Made by a program: the position numbers and the translations under genes. Shown piece by piece: positions 59,648 to 64,000 of a DNA stretch of 64,000 bases. Numbering within the stretch: the stretch's first letter is position 1; each line of letters starts with the position of its first letter. The DNA comes from Alphaproteobacteria bacterium (lineage in GTDB: Bacteria; Pseudomonadota; Alphaproteobacteria; UBA6615): assembly GCA_038137215.1 (NCBI GenBank), contig JAYQBG010000009.1, positions 20,291-84,290 of the forward strand. The letters are read 5' to 3'. The notes under the pieces are model-generated. The model saw only the letters and a list, made by a program, of their open reading frames with translations. It did no database searches and was not told the DNA's origin.

Positions 59648-60955
59648 TCAGGCGCTGCCGGTGTGAATGGTGCGTCCATCCACCACGGTGCGGATCACCT
59701 GTCCCTGCACGAGCCGCCCGTCGAAAGGTGAGTTCTTGGACTTGGACACGAAGCTGTCGGGTTCGATGCGTGCCGGCTTGTCCGGATCGAAGATCACCAG
59801 ATCGGCCGGCGCCCCGGCATAGAGCCGTCCGGTCGGCAGTTTGAGCAGCGCGGACGGGGCCGATGTGACCTTGGCCAATGCGTCGATCAGGGAGAGATGG
59901 CCGTTATGGACCAGCTCCAGGGTCAGGGCGAGCAGACTTTCCAGACCCGACGATCCGGATTCCGCCAGCTCGAACGGCAGGCGCTTGGCTTCCTGATCCT
60001 GGGGGAAGTGGTCCGAGGCGATGCAGTCGATGGTGCCATCGGCCAGACCCGCCACGATGGCCTGACGATCGTCCTCGCTGTGCAGGGGCGGGGAGAGCTT
60101 GGCGAAGGTCCGGTATTCGCCAACCGCCAGTTCGTTGAGCGCAAAATAGGGCGGGGCGGTGTCGCAGGTGACGCGCAGCCCGGCTGCCTTGGCCGCCCGG
60201 ATGCGCTCGACGCCCTCGGCCGTGGACACATGGGCGGCGTGGTAGCGCCCGCCGGTCATCTTCACCAGCGTCAGGTCCCGGTCGAGCATGATCGTCTCGG
60301 CTTCCCGCGGGATACCCGGCAGGCCGAGGCGGGTGGAAAGCTCGCCCGATTGCATCACCCCACCCGCCGATAGGCTCGGCTCCTCGGCGTGCTGCACGAT
60401 CAGCGTGTCAAAGGCGAGCGCGTATTTGAGCGCACGGGACAAGGTCTTGGCGTTGGCCACCGCGCGCCGCCCGTCGGTGAAGGCCACCGCGCCGGCCTCC
60501 CGGAGCAGGCCCATCTCGACGATTTCGTCGCTGTTGCCGCCGCGTGTGACGGTCGCGTAGCCGAAGACCTTCACAAGCTTCACATCCCGCGCGCGCCGGG
60601 CAACAAATTCGAGGACGGAGGCGTCATCGATGGCAGGTTCCGTGTCGGGCAGCGTGACAACGGCTGTCACACCACCGGCCGCCGCGGCGCGGCTGCCGCT
60701 TTCGATATCTTCCTTGTGCTCGTTGCCCGGCTCGCAGAAATCGACTCGCATATCGACCAGTCCGGGCGCCAGCACGGCCCCGCCGCAATCGACGATCTCG
60801 GCATCGTCCGGGCGGCCGCCGTTGAAGATGTCGGGGCCCATGGCGACGATCTTGGTACCGTCGGTCAGCACACCGCCCGAGGCGCTGGCCGGATGGTCCA
60901 CGCCGGAGGCCGGGTCGATGACCCGCGCGTTGATATAGGCGACCTTGCCGCTCAT
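59648..60955 (-). CDS. dihydroorotase-like protein lacking metal ligands (PyrC'-type pseudoenzyme), translationally coupled to pyrB
   Basis: 435 aa amidohydrolase fold, but HxH is replaced ([14 protein letters not shown]), carboxylated Lys replaced (VTRGG), DHAPH degraded (DHFPQ). Confidence 0.6.
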   Translation of the reverse strand: MSGKVAYINARVIDPASGVDHPASASGGVLTDGTKIVAMGPDIFNGGRPDDAEIVDCGGAVLAPGLVDMRVDFCEPGNEHKEDIESGSRAAAAGGVTAVVTLPDTEPAIDDASVLEFVARRARDVKLVKVFGYATVTRGGNSDEIVEMGLLREAGAVAFTDGRRAVANAKTLSRALKYALAFDTLIVQHAEEPSLSAGGVMQSGELSTRLGLPGIPREAETIMLDRDLTLVKMTGGRYHAAHVSTAEGVERIRAAKAAGLRVTCDTAPPYFALNELAVGEYRTFAKLSPPLHSEDDRQAIVAGLADGTIDCIASDHFPQDQEAKRLPFELAESGSSGLESLLALTLELVHNGHLSLIDALAKVTSAPSALLKLPTGRLYAGAPADLVIFDPDKPARIEPDSFVSKSKNSPFDGRLVQGQVIRTVVDGRTIHTGSA

Positions 60956-61932
60956 GAGGTCTCACCCTGACGGGTCAGGACGTCTAGGCAGGCCATACGG
61001 ACGGCGACGCCCATTTCCACCTGTTCGCGGATCAGCGAGCGGTCGATATCGTCCGCTACGTCGGAATCGATCTCGACGCCCCGGTTCATGGGGCCGGGAT
61101 GCATGATCAGCGCGTCGGGCTTGGCATGCTGCAGCTTGTCGTAATCCAGGCCATAGAATTTGAAATACTCATGTACCGAGGGGACGAAGGAGCCCTGCAT
61201 CCGCTCGCGCTGCAGGCGCAGCATCATGACGATGTCGCAATCCTCCAGCCCGGCGCGCATATCGTGGAAGACCTCCACCCCCAGGCGATCCATGGCGGGC
61301 GGAATGAGGGTCGGCGGAGCGATCACGCGCACCCGAGCGCCCATGGTCTGCAACAGATAGATGTTCGACCGCGCCACCCGCGAATGGGCGACATCGCCGC
61401 ACAGCGCCACCAGCAGGCCCTGCAGATACCCGCGGCGGCGGCGGATGGTCAGCGCGTCCAGCAAGGCCTGGGTGGGGTGCTCATGGCTGCCATCGCCGCC
61501 ATTGATGACCGCGCAGTTCACTTTTTCGGACAGCAGCTTCACCGCGCCCGCGTTGGAGTGGCGCACAGCCAGCGCATCGGCATGCATGGCGTTCAGCGTC
61601 ATCGCGGTGTCGATGATCGTCTCGCCCTTCTTGATGGAGGAGTTGGCGACCGCGATGTTGATCACATCGGCGCCCAGCCGCATGCCGGCCAGTTCGAAGC
61701 TTGTCCGCGTGCGGGTCGAGTCCTCGAAGAACAGGTTGATCAGCGTCTTGTCGCGCATCAGGTCGAGCTTGCCGCCCTGCGCACGATTGTATTCGGCATA
61801 GGCGTCCGACAGGTCAAGCAGATAGGTGATCTCGTCGGGCGAGAGATCCTGAATGCCCAATAGATGACGATGTGGGAACGGGATTTCCGTCGGCAAATTC
61901 GGGACGGAGAGGCCTGTTTTGGCGGCAGTCAT
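60952..61932 (-). CDS. pyrB: aspartate carbamoyltransferase catalytic subunit
   Basis: Start at [11 protein letters not shown]..; STRTR carbamoyl-phosphate motif, HPTQ, ..HPGPMNRG..; the track ORF extends 38 codons upstream. Confidence 0.9.
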   Translation of the reverse strand: MTAAKTGLSVPNLPTEIPFPHRHLLGIQDLSPDEITYLLDLSDAYAEYNRAQGGKLDLMRDKTLINLFFEDSTRTRTSFELAGMRLGADVINIAVANSSIKKGETIIDTAMTLNAMHADALAVRHSNAGAVKLLSEKVNCAVINGGDGSHEHPTQALLDALTIRRRRGYLQGLLVALCGDVAHSRVARSNIYLLQTMGARVRVIAPPTLIPPAMDRLGVEVFHDMRAGLEDCDIVMMLRLQRERMQGSFVPSVHEYFKFYGLDYDKLQHAKPDALIMHPGPMNRGVEIDSDVADDIDRSLIREQVEMGVAVRMACLDVLTRQGETS

Positions 61933-62081
61933 TAAAGCGGGAATATAGGGACGGGACTCCGGAAATTGCAAGCCGCGGCTGATCTCCCGGAAAACCGGGA
62001 TTTTTGCCAGTTCTGGCGGCGCGCCCGGGCCTCTGCTAGAAGGCATTCACAACACCTGACGGCCAAACGGGGAGCCGGACC

Positions 62082-62852
62082 ATGAAGGCGGTGATACTGG
62101 CAGGCGGGCGCGGCACGCGTCTGTCCGAGGAAACCGAGCTGCGGCCCAAGCCGATGATCGAGATCGGCGGGCGGCCGATCCTTTGGCATATCATGAAGAT
62201 CTACGGCCATCACGGGATCACCGAATTCGTGATCTGCCTCGGCTATCGGGGCTACATGATCAAGGAGTATTTCGCGAACTACGTGCTCCATTCCGCCGAT
62301 GTCACGGTCGATCTCGCGAAGAACGATATCCGGTATCACAACACCGCGGCCGAACCCTGGTCGGTGACGCTGGTGGATACCGGTGAGGACACCCAGACCG
62401 GTGGCCGGGTGGGCCGGGTGGCCGATTATCTGGACGGTAAGCGCTTCTGTCTGACCTATGGCGACGGGGTGGCCGATATCGATGTGGCGGCGAGCCTGGC
62501 GTTTCACGAGGCGCAGGGCGCGCGCTGCACCATGACAGGCGTCCGCCCGCCGGGGCGTTTTGGCGCGGCGGAAATCGACGGGGACCGGGTCTCACGTTTC
62601 GCCGAGAAGCCGCGCGGCGATGGCGGCACCATCAATGGCGGGTTCTTTGTCTGCGAACCGAGCGTGCTCGACCTGATCGACGGCGATGCCTGCGTCTGGG
62701 AACAGGGCCCGCTCAACACGCTCGCCGAAACCGGCGAACTGGCCGCCTACCGCCATGACGGTTTCTGGCAGCCCATGGACACCCTGCGCGAAAAGACCCA
62801 GCTCGAAGCGCTCTGGGATTCCGGCAAGGCGCCCTGGAAAGTGTGGGACTAG
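62082..62852 (+). CDS. rfbF: glucose-1-phosphate cytidylyltransferase
   Basis: MKAVILAGGRGTRLSEETELRPKPMIEIGGRPILWHIMKIYGHHGI.. is the diagnostic RfbF N-terminus. Confidence 0.85.
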   Translation: MKAVILAGGRGTRLSEETELRPKPMIEIGGRPILWHIMKIYGHHGITEFVICLGYRGYMIKEYFANYVLHSADVTVDLAKNDIRYHNTAAEPWSVTLVDTGEDTQTGGRVGRVADYLDGKRFCLTYGDGVADIDVAASLAFHEAQGARCTMTGVRPPGRFGAAEIDGDRVSRFAEKPRGDGGTINGGFFVCEPSVLDLIDGDACVWEQGPLNTLAETGELAAYRHDGFWQPMDTLREKTQLEALWDSGKAPWKVWD

Positions 62853-62901
62853 CGCCCGGCGAACTGCCGCTGTCCTTTCCCGCTGGCCGACACCGTAAAA
62901 C

Positions 62902-63003
62902 CGTCATGCCCGGACTTGATCCGGGCATCCACGTCCATCGGCCCCCGCAAACATTTGATCTGCTTCAACCAAGTGGATGGCCGGATCAAGTCCGGCCATG
63001 ACG
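62902..63003. repeat. 102-bp MITE-like element with 23-bp terminal inverted repeats (CGTCATGCCCGGACTTGATCCGG), each terminus itself a hairpin, plus an inner CATCCAC/GTGGATG pair
   Basis: Read directly; between convergent rfbF and the 63029 gene. GTCATG...CATGAC termini relate it to the elements at 38576, 39892 and 40040. Confidence 0.7.
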
Positions 63004-63028
63004 ACAGAAAAGGCGAAGGAGTGGCAGC

Positions 63029-63553
63029 CTACCGGCTTGAACCGAATTCAGCGTGGTAGCGCTCTAGCAGTTCCTCCACCTCATCCAGCGGGCGGTCGAG
63101 CATGCCCGGGGTGATGTTCGCGGAATCCTGGGCCACGATCGCGAGAAGACTGACCAGCCAGCGGCGCGGGATCGGCACCCGCGCCACGACGGCCTCCCGG
63201 TCACGCAGCGAAACGGCGATGTGGTGAACCAGGTAGTTCTTGCGCCGTTCGATTCCAGTGATCTCGTGCCAGTGGACGCCGCCGACCCCGGTGATCGAGG
63301 CATTGTCGAAAACGCCCTCTGAATTGATGATCAGCGATGGGGCGCGGACCAGCAGGCGGCGCAACGCATAAATCAGCAACAGGCCGAAATAGACGACCAC
63401 ACCCGCCCCGATCAGCCGCGGGATCTGGTCCGGCGTGGCCAGCAGCGCAAACCCCGTGAACACGAAGGCGCCGTACAGCACCACATTCACCGCCACCCGC
63501 CAGCGGGCGGGGTAGATCAGGACTTCTTCAAGCTTCTGTTTCCTAGCCATCAC
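63029..63553 (-). CDS. hypothetical membrane protein (2 N-terminal TM helices plus about 110-aa soluble domain)
   Basis: MMARKQKLEEVLIYPARWRVAVNVVLYGAFVFTGFALL..; no confident family. Confidence 0.4.
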   Translation of the reverse strand: MMARKQKLEEVLIYPARWRVAVNVVLYGAFVFTGFALLATPDQIPRLIGAGVVVYFGLLLIYALRRLLVRAPSLIINSEGVFDNASITGVGGVHWHEITGIERRKNYLVHHIAVSLRDREAVVARVPIPRRWLVSLLAIVAQDSANITPGMLDRPLDEVEELLERYHAEFGSSR

Positions 63554-63993
63554 GTGTTCCGCATGAAATCCATGAAGTTCTGGAGGATGATCGAGGCGGC
63601 CATCTTGTCGATGACCTCGCCGCGGCGCTTGCGGTTCATGTCGGCCTGATCGATCAGAAAGCGTTCGGCCTCGGCGGTGGACAACCGCTCGTCCCAGAAG
63701 GTGATGGGCAGATCGAACTTGCCCGCCAGATTGTTGCCGAAGGCGCGGGTGGACTGCGCGCGCGGGCCTTCCGAACCGTCCATATTGCGGGGCAGGCCGA
63801 GCACCAGCCCGCCGACGCCCTTTTCCGCGATGATGGCGCGCAGGGTCTCCGCATCGGCCGTGAATTTTGTCCGCCGCACGGTCTCGAGTGGGGAGGCGAC
63901 GATGAAGTTCGAATCCGAGACCGCCAGCCCGATGGTTTTGGTGCCGAGATCGAATCCCAGCAACCGGGCGCGGGGTGCCAGCGCGGCTTTCAT
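63550..63993 (-). CDS. ruvX: YqgF/RuvX-family putative pre-16S rRNA nuclease / Holliday junction resolvase-like
   Basis: MKAALAPRARLLGFDLGTKTIGLAVSD..; 147 aa; 4-nt overlap with the downstream gene. Confidence 0.8.
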   Translation of the reverse strand: MKAALAPRARLLGFDLGTKTIGLAVSDSNFIVASPLETVRRTKFTADAETLRAIIAEKGVGGLVLGLPRNMDGSEGPRAQSTRAFGNNLAGKFDLPITFWDERLSTAEAERFLIDQADMNRKRRGEVIDKMAASIILQNFMDFMRNT

Positions 63994-64000
63994 CTCTGTG

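Noticed and set aside
63225-63260. GTTCGATTCC T-loop-like motif suggesting a tRNA
   Set aside because: The flanks cannot form a T-stem or acceptor stem. The motif lies inside a coding region.

Overview
This is a high-GC (about 64%) alphaproteobacterial chromosomal window of 64 kb. Several signals point to a Caulobacter/Hyphomonas/Rhizobiales-like lineage: a DivK-type single-domain response regulator, hdaA, a DUF1849/EipB-like protein, and a perfect TTAA-N7-TTAAC motif. Most of the window is tightly packed, conserved housekeeping operons. These include purF-cvpA-radA, mlaFE, alr-dnaB, rpsF-rpsR-rplI, fabD-fabG-acpP-fabF-mltG, yicC-gmk, ksgA-surA-lptD-lptG-lptF, pepA-holC-ndk, purN-purM, hdaA, ppk-ppx, rnd, aspS, dinB-nagK, divK, rpmG, ctp, rnr-topA-dprA-plsY and pyrB-pyrC'. 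Many neighbouring genes overlap by 4 nt. An accessory stretch runs from 42.1 to 48.0 kb. It holds a low-GC islet (about 46%, roughly 380 bp) with a 93-aa single-TM protein of unknown function placed directly behind aspS, then a VOC/glyoxalase gene, an alpha/beta hydrolase, a second quinone-oxidoreductase paralog, a NaChBac-family voltage-gated sodium channel, an AT-rich gap, a SPOR-domain lipoprotein and an EipB-like periplasmic protein. Other anomalies were found by eye. There is a family of nested-palindrome (GTCAT...ATGAC) MITE/REP-like elements, with two 89-bp copies bracketing rnd and a 102-bp relative near rfbF. An in-frame amber codon separates a PCuAC copper chaperone from its conserved C-terminal beta-strand and His-rich tail, and a 46-bp perfect-dyad operator-like palindrome sits immediately upstream of that gene. 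dprA is interrupted by a -1 frameshift. There is a chimeric ORF with a DUF188 (YaiI) N-terminus fused to a MalK-type TOBE domain. A catalytically dead dihydroorotase-like PyrC' is translationally coupled to pyrB. A triple Pho box lies upstream of ppk-ppx. Two short genes missing from the ORF track (rpmG and a COX-IV-like 41-aa membrane peptide) were found. No rRNA, tRNA or CRISPR array was seen. I did not find a clear multi-gene novel system. The accessory stretch, the repeat family and the PCuAC locus are the places most worth a second look.
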